DNA from: Octopus vulgaris
Taxonomy: Eukaryota
Assembly (NCBI GenBank): GCA_951406725.2
Contig: OX597819.1
Coordinates: forward strand, 72,354,001-72,418,000
DNA length: 64,000 bases
Direction of reading: 5' to 3'
Made by a program: the position numbers and the translations under genes. A model generated the notes under the pieces. The model was given only the letters and a program-made list of their open reading frames with translations, had not been told where the DNA came from and did no database searches. Position 1 is the first letter of the stretch; every line of letters begins with the position of its first letter. Positions 51,901 to 64,000 of the stretch are shown piece by piece.

Positions 51901-54385
51901 TTTCAAACATTACAACCTCCATTTTATCTCTAAAAGTCAATTAACAGCAGACACACCAACAGAACTTTGATCTTTTATCTCATACCTTTAACCCTTTCGC
52001 ATTCAGATTACCATTTCAAAACCACATCCGAACATGATCATTGCCAGGGCCACGGATTGGCTCCCATGCCGGTGGCATGCACAAAGTGCCATTTGAGTGT
52101 TGCCAGTGTCACTTTACTAGTACGTGCCGGTGGCACGTGAAAAACAACATTCGAATGTGGTTGTTGCCAGTGCTGCCAGATTGGCTCCTGTGCAGGTAGC
52201 ACATGAAAAACACCTTTTGAATATGGTCATTGGTTGGCATTAGGAAGGGCATCCAGCTGTAGAAACTTTGCCAGATCAGATTGAGCCTGGTACAGCCTTC
52301 TGGCTCACCAGTCCTCAGTCAAACTGTCCAACCCATGCCAGCATGGAAAGCAGACGTAAACAACAATGATGATGATGTTTTGAATTAATCATGCTTTATC
52401 TCATTGCTTTGAGATTTTGATGTGATTGTTTACTTTTAGAATTACATTATAGGGTAGAAGTGAGAGACCAGATCTGGCCAGCTTGAACATAAAACAATGT
52501 TTAATTTCTCAGAACTTTAAACCTTCAAGCTGTTACTTTCCAGTCAGCTCAATGTCTTCTTGCAATCTTTAGTCAAGTTTCATCAAAAGATTCAGAAATT
52601 CATGCCAAAACCACTTTTCTAATATTTAAACACAAGATTTAGTTCAGGAGTAAAACATCTGAACTCAGTTAAACTGCAGCATAAACTGCAGCATCAGTTT
52701 CTATTTTTACTAATTTTCTTCTTAAGGGCTGAGAAGGCAAATGATTAAATAATGCCATTGAGTGCCCAGAACTTGAAAAGATCTAGCATCTCATTTAGCT
52801 GTTTATGAGGCAGCTTGTCTTAAACATTTTGTTACCATATTTCTATTGCACTGCTTTTTGTTTCAATTCTGAAAATAATAAAAAATTTGGCAAAATAACT
52901 CATTAAAAGGTGGAAAGCTAGAATCGTTAGCATTCCAGACAAAATGCTCAGCAGCGTTTTTTCAATGTTTTACATTCTGAGTTCAAACACCAACATCGGC
53001 TAGCTTTCATCCTATTAACGTTGATAATGTACCAGTCAAATACTAAGGTCAACATAACTGACCCTCTCCCACTAAAATTGCTAGCCTTCTGCAAACATTT
53101 CTAACAATTATTAACCCATTAATGCCAAACTTTTTAATTTATAACTAAGAATCTCTTTTTTATACAACTTTATCTGATACTAAATATATAAAAACATTTT
53201 TTATTACAGTAGGTGTAATATCTGAAAGATACTCCAGTCTTGATGACTAAGGATAGCTCAAAACAAAATACAGGTGTTGTAGAAATATGGATTATCCTCC
53301 TGGTCCTAAAATAAAGGACCATGGGCACTAATGGGTTAAGCTAAAGTTTGAAACAAAACCTTCTTTCAAAATTTCATGTTAATTTAATTCAGACCCCTTT
53401 AAAACAGACAAGTTTGCTTCCCAGAACAAGGGAACAATCTCAGGTGGGATGGTTTCAAAAAGGGATGACGTGGAAAAATATTTCCATTTTTCCAGGTTTA
53501 TATGGAGTACACAGGTCTTTCCTGGCACAGTATCTTGCTATTTGTTGCAGTGCTTTGTCATTTTCTTTCAAGCAGATCAACCTCTCACAATCAGCTTTCA
53601 CCATTTATTCCTGATCAATCCTTGGTTTTCTTCCACAAGATCCTGTCCATTTGAATCCACTGGAATTTTGTTTTTGCCTAACTGTCATTTTACATGTCAA
53701 ATGATCCTATCAATGCCGTCTTCCTTTCTCATATGCCATATTTGATTCCTCTTAGACCTAGTCTGCTACTTAACTCATTTCTGCTGCCCCTCATACAGAC
53801 AAACATTGTACATTTTAACATACATCATTATACTAATAATGGAATATTAAGTCACCCATCATATGGTGGGGAGGGGGAAACTTTGGAAATATACTCCTGC
53901 CACCATTGGTTATATCAGGAATTATAGCTTACATGCAATAATTATCGTTTAGCTTTTATCATCAAATTTCACAGTGCTTACACAAAATCAAATACAATAA
54001 TTTTCAAATGAAAAATATCACCTTATAACTAAAAAAATTTCTTTGTATACCTGACTGGCTCCCATGCCAGTGGCACGTAAAAAGCATCATTCAAGCATGG
54101 TCATTGCCAGTGGAGCCCGACTGGCTCTTGTGCTCGTGGCACATAAAAAGCACCATTTAAGTGTGGTTGATGTCAGTACCACCTGACTAGCCCTCATGCC
54201 GGTGGCACATAAAAAGCACCTACTAAACTCTCGGAGTGGTTGGCATTAGGAAGGGCATCCAACCTTAGAAACTCTGCCAGATCAGATTGGAGCCTGATAC
54301 AGCCTTCTGGCTTGCCAGTCCTTGGTCAAACCGTCCAACCCATGCCAGCATGGAAAGCTCACATTAAATGATGATGATGATATAC

Positions 54386-54461
54386 CTTCTCCCATAACTC
54401 ATTTACTTCGTCTTCGATTCTTTCTGACTGCCTGTATAGCATACTGAGAATGGCCACCTTC
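54386..54461 (-). CDS. Candidate internal exon (xKVAILSMLYRQSERIEDEVNELWEK)
   Basis: Acceptor ttttagtatcttcag|G and donor AAG|gtatat; 76 nt, phase 2 to 0, open, protein-like composition. Confidence 0.55.
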
Positions 54462-55185
54462 CTGAAGATACTAAAAATCCTGCTTAAAGAGAACTTTTGT
54501 CTTAATTAGGTTTCAGATATTAATTATTTGTATTTTTATTGGCTTTGCTCAGTTAGTTACAGCCATGCTGGGACATCACCATGAAGGATTCTGAGGTACA
54601 AAACTGTTTTTCCTAAATCTGTTGCTTATTCTAGCAGTTCCTTTTGAAACAAACTATGGAGATGTAAACAAACTAATACTGGCTGCAAAGAGAGGCAGGT
54701 GGACAAGCACTAACACACATAAGGCTTCCATACAGTTTCTGTTTATTAAATTCACTGAAAGCATTGGTCGACTGAGGACAAAGCTTACAGTAGAAAGAAC
54801 TTACAGTAGGCTACTGGGGTAATGGGGGCAATGAATGAATATCTAGAAATGAGCACAGAGAGGGTGCTTATAATAGACCAGCAAGTGGTTAATTATATAA
54901 TTTGAAAAATTTGAAAAAAAAAGTGCTATTAAGTTTCATTTAGTTGTAAAACCTTTAAATCCCATCAGACTAAATGAAAAATTTAAAAAAGGAAAAAAAA
55001 GTCTTATTAAATCAGGCTGTTTTTTTTCCTTTCTAAATATTTTTGTCAGGAAAAGGTAGAAAAAGGATAGCAACTCTTTCTTCACAGCAGACCCTCAGGG
55101 TTTGTAATCATGCAAACTGCACAGCAATTTCTCTAGTATCGGTCCCACATTAAAAAAAAAAACTCAGCACATACTATAAGGTGTT

Positions 55186-55305
55186 AGTTAGACAGGACAC
55201 AAAGCGTTAGTTAGGACACAAAGCGGTAATTAGACAGGACAAAGTGTTAATTAGGACACAAAGCATTAATTAGACAGGACACAAAACGTTAATTAGACAG
55301 GACAA
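55186..55305. repeat. Short minisatellite (~18-23 bp unit, tagacaggacacaaagcgttaat) within a family C repeat
   Basis: About six degenerate units visible. Confidence 0.75.
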
Positions 55306-58247
55306 ATAGAAACTGTGCCAAAGACATGGACACAGGACACAGGCCTTGGGCCCACTAGATCCTGTTAAACTCTCCAACCTATACCAGCATGGAACATGCA
55401 ACATTAAATGATAATTTTTACAATATATACATTTGTTATTATTCCTTAATGGAAAAGATAACAGTAGAAATAGCTAATCTTAAAAAGAAATTAACACAAA
55501 TAATGAAACGCAGCAGACTACTACAAGAATAAACAGGTTTAAGTAGGATATCAGCTGAACAGAGAAGAAAGCAGACCACAAAGGCTGGTTAGTTTCTTCA
55601 GCCATTATCTTTAAAAAGCAGCTACCATAGTAACTGGAGATAAAGAGAGGTAAACAAGACCATGTTTAAACGGGACAAATCAATGCTGTTTTAAGTTATG
55701 CATCATACTGAAGCCAGTTGTCTAAGAAGCAGGCCAGTGACTGTATGTGCGTGTGTGTATACACACACAGACACACATTAAACTTTAAGGCAATATTTCT
55801 TAAATCAACATTGCTTCGCAAAGCTAGTAGATATACAGAGAAAAATATCATTTGCTTTCTCTTTTCAAGGAAAAAAATGATTTATGAGCCAAAGAACAAA
55901 CAAGAAATATAAACCATAAATCATTAAGAAAAGAGCAAGGACAGTTTTTAATTTCCTCATTTGTGAAATATTTAGAATAAGCAATGCCTAACGAGAATCA
56001 ATGCATTACATGAAACATTGCTTATTTCCACTGTATAGTCATCGTTTTAATGTTCACATATCTATGCTTGCATGTGTCAAATGGAGTCTAAGATTTTCTA
56101 CACCCAAATGTCGTCCTTCCTGTTGCCAGCACTTGTTACCAAGCAGGGAAATATTTTCCCATGATTAAATAGGTTTTTGCAGAATATTGGAGTGATATTG
56201 CTTGTAGGGCAGTGACACAACTATCACCTGATGTCAAAACAAAGAGACACACCAACACAAATATGACAGGTTTCTTTCAGTTTCCATCAACCATTCGGAA
56301 GGCTTTGGTTGGCCCGGGGTTATAGAAGACACTTACCCAAGATGCCACACAGTGGGACTGAACCCAGAATTGTGTGTTTGGGAAGTAAACCTCTTAACCA
56401 CACAGCCATACCAGTCATCAATCATTAAAATATTAAACCAAGTACACAGAACTTGTTATGGCTATGTCCAGCCTGGAAAAAGTTAAAATTGCTTGGAAAT
56501 GGGGGAAGTTTCATAAGAACAAAAGATTTTCTAATGATGATGTTGGCAAGGTTACAGGAGTTGAGAACAAGGTTGTGAAATTTAGTTCTAATACAACCAC
56601 CCCATTACTCCAGCAACCTCTTCCACTTGATGGGGTCCAACTTTTCATCCATCTGAAAAGATGCAATAAATTAAGATACACCATAATACAGAGAGGTTCT
56701 TTCTTTACTCGCAAATAAAAAAAAAATTTGTGCAAAACAAATTTATCTTACAAGAAGTGCACCAAGTTAACAGAAATAAAAGTCAAACTAAATGCTATAC
56801 AGCATTTTAGTTTGATCCAACATTATTTGAAAACTATGAGAATGATTCAGGTTTGATTTTTTTCATCACTTAAAATTTGCCAATACAATATTTTAAATAG
56901 AATATTAGTGTCAAACTAAATTGAGAGTCCAGTGATGTCCAACCTTTCTTTTAGTCCAGCATCCAAAATGTTATCAGGTGTGTGATACAATGGTGAGAAT
57001 ATCAGGTTCACAATCAAAGAGGTCATGGCTTGAGCAATGCTTTATATCCTTGGACAAGTCACATTTTCCCCAGTCTACTCAGTTGACAAGTGCCAGCTGA
57101 CTGGTTCTGTGCCCCTCCTTTCTCTCCATCTGTTATGTCCACAAAGTTCCAGTGAGTCAAAGGTTGGAGTCTCAAACACTATAAGGAGTGCTCACAGCTA
57201 TGCAGGCACCAAAAACAATTAGCAAAAGTGTGGTATAAGTGACAAGGTGATGCTTGCTTGCAAATGATGGCTAAGCAAGCCCCCGCCCCCAAAGTGTTGC
57301 CATTGGCTATTCCCAAAGTGGCGAAGCATGGTCTTCAGATGTTGAATCTGTCAGAGGCGATGACAAGTGATTGAGACCATTGGTGATTTGCTGTGCTTGA
57401 GAAGACATCAAGCCAAGCAAAATCATAGTCATGGCCAGTGCCACATAAAAGGCACCCACTACACTCTTGGAGTGGTTGGCATTAGGAAGGGCATCCAACC
57501 ATAGAAACCAAACCAAATAGGATTGGAGCCCAATACAGCTCTCCAGCTTATCAATCAGACTGTCCAACTCATGCTAGCATGGAAAGCAGATGCTAAATGA
57601 TGAAGACAATGGGTTGATTAAAACTGAAATAATCCAAGCTATTTTGTGAAAACAACTGAAGTTTTATGAATTTAAGCTAATAATGCATATTTTCATTTTG
57701 GACAACAAAGCTCTTTGGAAAGACTAGTCCCAGCATGTAATAAGAAACCACATATTAAGTAGACATTTATAGAAGTCACTTGAGTGATACATCACCAATT
57801 CCTACTCTTAGAATGACTTCCCATTGTAACACACATGCACACACACGTGCGCTCACACAGAGATCAGTGAACATGAACATAAAAATAGTTTCCTTTTGTT
57901 TAGAAACTCAGAAATTGGTATCCAATAGTAATTTAGAGAAGGGGAGAGAGAGAGAGAGAGAGAGAGGAGTGAAAAGAAATGAAATAGGAGAGCAAGACAA
58001 AAGGAAAAAGAGAGGAAGAGAAAGAGGTAGGCTGAGAAGGTGTAATACAATAACCTCACTGTCTGTAGTTGGTAAACAAGTTTAAACATAGCCAGAAAAA
58101 TACTAAAAGTTTCTTCTAATTGAATTATCAATAAATTTAGTTGCTGTGTAAGTGGAATCAATTGTTTCTAGTCAACAATAACAATTTCAATGTCATTTTA
58201 ATTTGAAGTTGGAGGTAATGGCTTCAATCAGGGACCTATTTTAGTAC

Positions 58248-58304
58248 CTTTCCACTGACAGATGACAGTCATTTTGGAAAAGCCTCAAAAGGCTCTCTTG
58301 CTTC
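58248..58304 (-). CDS. Candidate internal exon (xKQESLLRLFQNDCHLSVEx)
   Basis: cttttacgctag|G ... AAG|gtacta; 57 nt, phase 2 to 2, joins in frame to 54386-54461. Confidence 0.4.
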
Positions 58305-61300
58305 CTAGCGTAAAAGTATGAAATAAATATCATTAAGACAGAAATATCAAGATTCCACCTGCATACACCTAACAAATTCAAGTATCCATGGAAAAAAAAA
58401 CCAGTCACTGATCAAGTTTTTCATCTACCCAACTAACCAACGCACCTGATCCTCACCAATCACACTAGTCCAAATTTAGATCTTTGCATATATATTACAG
58501 CAAGTTTTTATAGTTCATATCACATTGTCAATCCTTAAACAAGTGAATAGAAACGTGACCCAGATTTTTTTGTGTGTTTTTATTAAACTAAGTGGAAGTT
58601 TGACACTATTTACAGCAGCAAGACAGTTATTTGATCTCAAGACTTCAAACAATGTCTAGAGTAATATTTCAGATATTTTTATGACTTATCTCCACACACA
58701 CACGCGCATGCACAATAATCAACCTTTTGTTTGAAAATTGCCCTTTAATCATTTAATCTAATCATTTAATTTAATTTAATAATTTAAGTACACGTTTGAA
58801 AGCTGAGTCGACAGATGAGTTTTAATGGCATGAAATCTCCCAGTGGATTTCCCAATGAACAAGTTTCTAATACCCAAGTGGCTAAGAAGTGTCAGCAGAA
58901 GGGCACCCTGGCCCCCTAACAGTAAAAAGGGCTGAAACGTGCTTGGGGAGGGTTTATTCTCTGAAGACCTTGTGTTCAGCTCTCTTGAGAGTTTCTTACC
59001 ACCATTTGCCCCAGTGAATTTAATTTATAGAGAGAATTTTCCTAGATTACCCATTAAGCTGTTCCCAACACTTAAATGCCATTTTTTTCTTTTTAATACT
59101 AGTTAAACCAGGACAGGAAGGGTTCAGAAACCTGAAGCCCACTTGTGACCAGATCTAATATTACAGAATTAAAAGTCAAGGTAACCATTATAAATACTGA
59201 ACATTTTTTCTACAACTTCCAGTAAATCACTGAATTCCTGAGAAGAATTCAAATTTGAGGTGCAAGGTGGCTTAATGGTTAGAGTGTTGGACTCATGGTA
59301 AGATTGTGGTTTCAATTCCTGAGCAAAACACTTCATGTCACTCCAGTCCCCTCAGCTGACAAAAATTAATAATCATATAACAGAGCAGCACTTCATCCAG
59401 GGAAGAATATTTATGCCAGAGAAACTGGAGAACCAGCCCTATGCTCCTTGCAGAGTAATGTGGACTAACCATTCAACTGTAAAATAATTCCAATTCTTTG
59501 GAAAATTACATTTTATTTGAAAATCCGAGGCAAGGAGAGTTAAGATATTTACTTATCTGGGGAGAAAAAAATAGTCAAATAGCCAGGTTGGTCAACATTA
59601 AAACAGCCATGATAGTCTCAAAATTTATTCATACTTCACCCTTTCAATGCAACTCATTCCAATTTATCAGGAATTTGATTTCAGTGTAGAATCAATACTT
59701 ATTGGATCTATCCAATTTTGTAATTGAAGTTGTCCTGGTGGAACTGATACCAACTGCACCCCACCCTTGTAGAACCATCAACTCAAAACCCATTCCTTGT
59801 AACACTGACGTAAAACTTCTGGCGACATTTGGTGGACCATTATTTTAATGGGTGGGGTTAACACGATAGAGTCTTAAACTATAAAACTACCTACAAAATG
59901 AGTAGAAAGAACTGACAGCTGAATAGCAGAAGCAAACTCCTAACAAGATGGAAACAGAACCAGGACTCGCAACTCAGAAATGTGAGGTACCAAACTAGAA
60001 TTGGCGATAGTGATTGGTTTCTAAGTAGCATCTGACAAGCCCAACAATCCTTTAAGGACATGTAGGGACACTGAATTTCATTATGCAACCCTAATATAGT
60101 ACAAAGTTTATTTTTATAACACCATATTCACTTGTTAAAGTTATCTCTAAAGATTTTCCGCAGAAATTATATCCAGCACTGATTATCTCTGTACAGATAA
60201 CCTTAAGTGAATTAACCCTTTACTTGCCTTTTATTAAAATATACAGCCTTTGTCTTAATTTTGGAAATGAAAATTTATCAATTGTCCTCAATATGTTGGT
60301 GCTTCAAGCATTACTATGAAATTTTAATAGGATATTTTAATTTAGATCACTTTAAAACATTCTGTATCACAGAAGAGTTAATGAAACAATTTGGATAGGT
60401 TCCAAAACAATGTTGTTTAAAGGAAGAACTAGACAATTCAAGCAATGAAAAATTTGACCAAAGCAAATTCTGAAATACCAAAAAGAGATGAATTAATCCT
60501 TTAGTTTTCTCATTCTGTCAAAAATAATGCATATTTATTCACACAGTTTTGAATTAATCATGCATTATCTCGTCACTGAAATTTTGATGGTGTGATTATT
60601 TTCAGAATGACATTGTAGATTGTGTATGAGACTGGATCTGGCCAGTTTGAACAGAAAACAGGAATATTTAGGGCAGATGTCGCCTGTTTAAATGCTGAGG
60701 GATGAAACCAGTTTTATAATATGGGCTAACAACAAACTAAACAGGAAAATAAATAAGTCCCATAACACTTTCAGACATTCAAATACGCTAATTTCTACAG
60801 GGAGGGAATATGGGAAGATTGAAAAGTGAAACAAGGGGACAGAGTTTTACAATAATAAATAGAAGTTGAGACCTCTAAATTCCAATCATTGCTGGATTTT
60901 GTATATCATCTTCATTTCAAAGTCCACTTGTCCATGGTTTGCATGGTTTTAATGGAATTTATTAAAGATTTTCTTTGGATGGCTGTCCTTCCTCTTGCCA
61001 ACTCTCACCCACTTCCAAATAAAGCAGTGTTTTTCCCTATGACTAGATGTGTCTTTATGGGAGGATTGGATACAAATGATGCTTCTTGTATGGTGGTGAC
61101 ACTTGTTTACAACTATAGCATGATGTCAAACAAGGAGACACACACATATACATACACACAAATAATCTGAGAGCATACCCTGAAAACAGTAAAAAAAGCT
61201 TAAAAGAAACCCACCCCAGATCCTACACACTCACACAGAGGCTTTCAGTTTCTGTCTACTAAGTCCACTCAAGGTTTTGGCCAACCTACTGTGAACCTTG

Positions 61301-61709
61301 TCCCTGTAAAATTTTAATATGTACTCTAACATTTAAGTGCATTAGGAGTAATATTTAATAAGAACATCAGAAAAAAAAGTTAATTAGAAATTATTGTAAT
61401 TAAAATATTAATCAATGACCAAGACATTTTTTTTCAGCAAATACAAGAGAAGAAAATATTTTCCAGACTTCTTCAAAAACCTAGACCTCTTCAATGATTA
61501 ACATTTACAATACTTGAAGCTGTGGTGAAAAACAATAGACATGGCCACAATACGTGAAGACACGGTGCTCTGATTAAGAAGTTTGCTTTACAACTCTGTT
61601 TCAGGTTTAGTCCTATGTGGCACTTTGAACAAGTGTCTGTTATAGCCCCAAGTAAACTAAAACCTTGTGAATGTACTTAGTCTATAGAAACTGATAAAAA
61701 GTTCATATA

Positions 61710-61719
61710 TGTGTATATG

Positions 61720-61753
<34 letters not shown>

Positions 61754-61863
61754 AGCGTGTGTGTGTGTGTATGAGCGTGTGTGTGTGTATGAGCGTGTGT
61801 GTGTGTGTGAGCGTGTGTGTGTGTATGAGCGTGTGTGTGTGTATGAGCGTGTGTGTGTGTATG

Positions 61864-61940
<77 letters not shown>
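61710..61940. repeat. (TG)n with a higher-order ~18-bp unit atgagcgtgtgtgtgtgt
   Basis: Directly visible. Confidence 0.9.
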
Positions 61941-64000
61941 ATGCACACTTTTGTCTTGATATTGTGCACCAGTTGTAAGTAAGCATCCCTGTTGTAAAAG
62001 CAGTGTTCATTTGCAATCTATGAAATTATGCCCAGCTATTGTGTTGATGTTTGAAGGACTCAGGAGAATATTACCTTACATGGAAACCAGTTAAGGGTTG
62101 GCAACAAAGACATCCAGCCATAGAAAATCTACTTTGCAAGGGTCAGGCAAAATTTGCCAATGTAAGAACACACAAAAATTGCACTTTTGTGGGTGTCAGA
62201 AAACAGGATGGTCCAGACATGCCATCCACATGAAAATGGTGTTAATATTTAATGCATGAAAAACTTAAAATATTGGTCACTGACTAATATATTTATTGTC
62301 GCTACATATTTTTATTTCCAGTTACTTTGTCTTAATGTTCCGGGTCTCAAATTAACATTAACTATTCTGATTTCTTCATGTCCATGGAATCTGAAATATT
62401 TCATTTCTAAAGTGATTCTAAACATTTGACTTCACAGTCCACTGGAGGCCAAAGTACAAAATTTGGCACACTTCACATGGAAAGCTAATGTATTTTAATG
62501 TTAATGTATTTTTTTTTTTTTAGAAAAAATATACAAAACTATTTTATTATTCATAGTCATTTATATGAAAACCATAACATTTTTCATCATGCTCAAACAT
62601 AAATATAGATTCTGTAAATTTTATTTTTATAAACTCACAGCACACTGAGAACCTCACTTGTAAACTATATAAATTTAACTCTTTTCAATAGCAACCCACC
62701 CAAGACCATCCTTTATTCTAAAATACAAACTTTGTTTTAAAATTATCAAAACTTTTCATCAAAATTTCATATTTATTTCTTTATTGCCCACAGGGGGCTA
62801 AACAGAGGGGACAAACAAGGACAGACAAAAGGATTAAGTTGATTACATAGACCCCAGTACTTATTTAATCAACCCCGAAAGGATGAAAGGCTAAGTCAAC
62901 CTCAGCAGAATTTGAACTCAGAATGTAACGGTAGACGAAATACTGCTAAGCAATTCGCCTAGCATGCTAATGGTTCTGCCACCAAAATTTCATATTAATT
63001 TGTTCCAAACATCGGTCTAACAAAGGCTATTTTACTAAATTCTTCATTTTTCAAAATCAAAGTTGGTGTATTTCAAGAGAAACATTGTAACCAAAGGTTT
63101 CAGTAATAGTAAAGTGGATCCTCCTCTACTTTCCATAGAATAAACTTTTGAACCCAACTTCTGGTTCCTTTTGATGCCCACCTGTCTGAGACTGCAGCTG
63201 GTTCTACAATACAAACTTCTGGTTTTAAAGTGGTCTAAAAACCTTCCATCAAAAATTCATATGTTCGAAACACCAGCTTAATGATAAAGATATTCTGCTA
63301 AGGTCCTCATTATTTTCAAAACTAACAAACACAATGTATTTCAACAGAAATATGGTAACAAAAAAAAAAAAATACAAACAGGGTGCTAATGTGCTTGACT
63401 AAATTCTAGTTCCAACACTAACCCCTTAATACAATGGCATTCCCTTTCCACTTTAGACAAAATTAAAAGCAAGACTAGAATGGAAAGAATGAATATTTTA
63501 CACAAGTTAAAAATATGGCAAGGGCATCATTTAACATTTTAACTTATTGAAAAGATTAAATCATATAAATCATGCAGCATTATTTGTCATGGTGGCAATA
63601 AATATGTGGTTTGTGTAAAGTTAGTGGATTCACATTTTTCTCCTTCTCACTCTTCAAATTGTCTAATATTTAAAAAAAATTCCTTTGCAAAGTTTTTCAA
63701 TGCTTTGTTGATGTTATGAATTATATAAAAACAAGAGCCCCACCACCACCACCATCATTTAATAGGTAACTTTGGAAGTATACTTTTACCAATGTGCATC
63801 ATCATTTAAGGCCTTTTTTTTTATGCTGGTAGAAATTGGACAGTTTGACAAAAACAAATGAGCCAGAGGCCTATGTCAGGTTCTGCGTCCATTTTGGCAT
63901 AGTTTCTATAGCTGAATACCCTTCCTAATAACAACCACTTAACAGTGTACTGGGTGCTTTTTACATGGCACCAACATACAATAATTATGAATTAACTGAT

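Noticed and set aside
55186-55305. CRISPR-like array (also the ~57-bp units at 52030-52240 and 54050-54220)
   Set aside because: No unique spacers, eukaryotic context, and no cas genes; these are tandem repeats within retroposons.
59695-59840. Protein-like minus-strand frame with one stop (MSPEVLRQCYKEW...)
   Set aside because: Too short and no recognisable motif, so it cannot be assigned to a gene or transposase.

Overview
Eukaryotic, AT-rich DNA dense in microsatellites and SINEs; the repeat types suggest a cephalopod (Octopus-like) genome, which is an inference. Nearly all long ORFs in the supplied track are simple-repeat artefacts. Bases 1-35 kb are intergenic. They hold a near-identical ~7-8 kb duplication spanning a 100-N gap, Tc1/mariner relics and MITEs, and three non-autonomous Helitrons. 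They also hold three Dong/R4-type (RLE) retrotransposon fragments inside (TAA)n tracts within a large mirror-symmetric structure, and a CR1-like LINE 3' fragment. Bases ~36.9-64 kb look like the 3' part of an unidentified minus-strand host gene: two well-supported exons, several candidate exons, and CpG-depleted introns full of TTAA-flanked MITEs and SINEs. The most notable signal is several unrelated small non-coding elements, arranged as partial tandem repeats and/or palindromes, that carry minimal type I hammerhead ribozymes with palindromic stem III. They include U3-A8 core variants and a family where a tRNA-derived Pol III head is joined to a hammerhead. A separate covarying, pseudoknotted RNA-like motif is shared by two divergent repeats.
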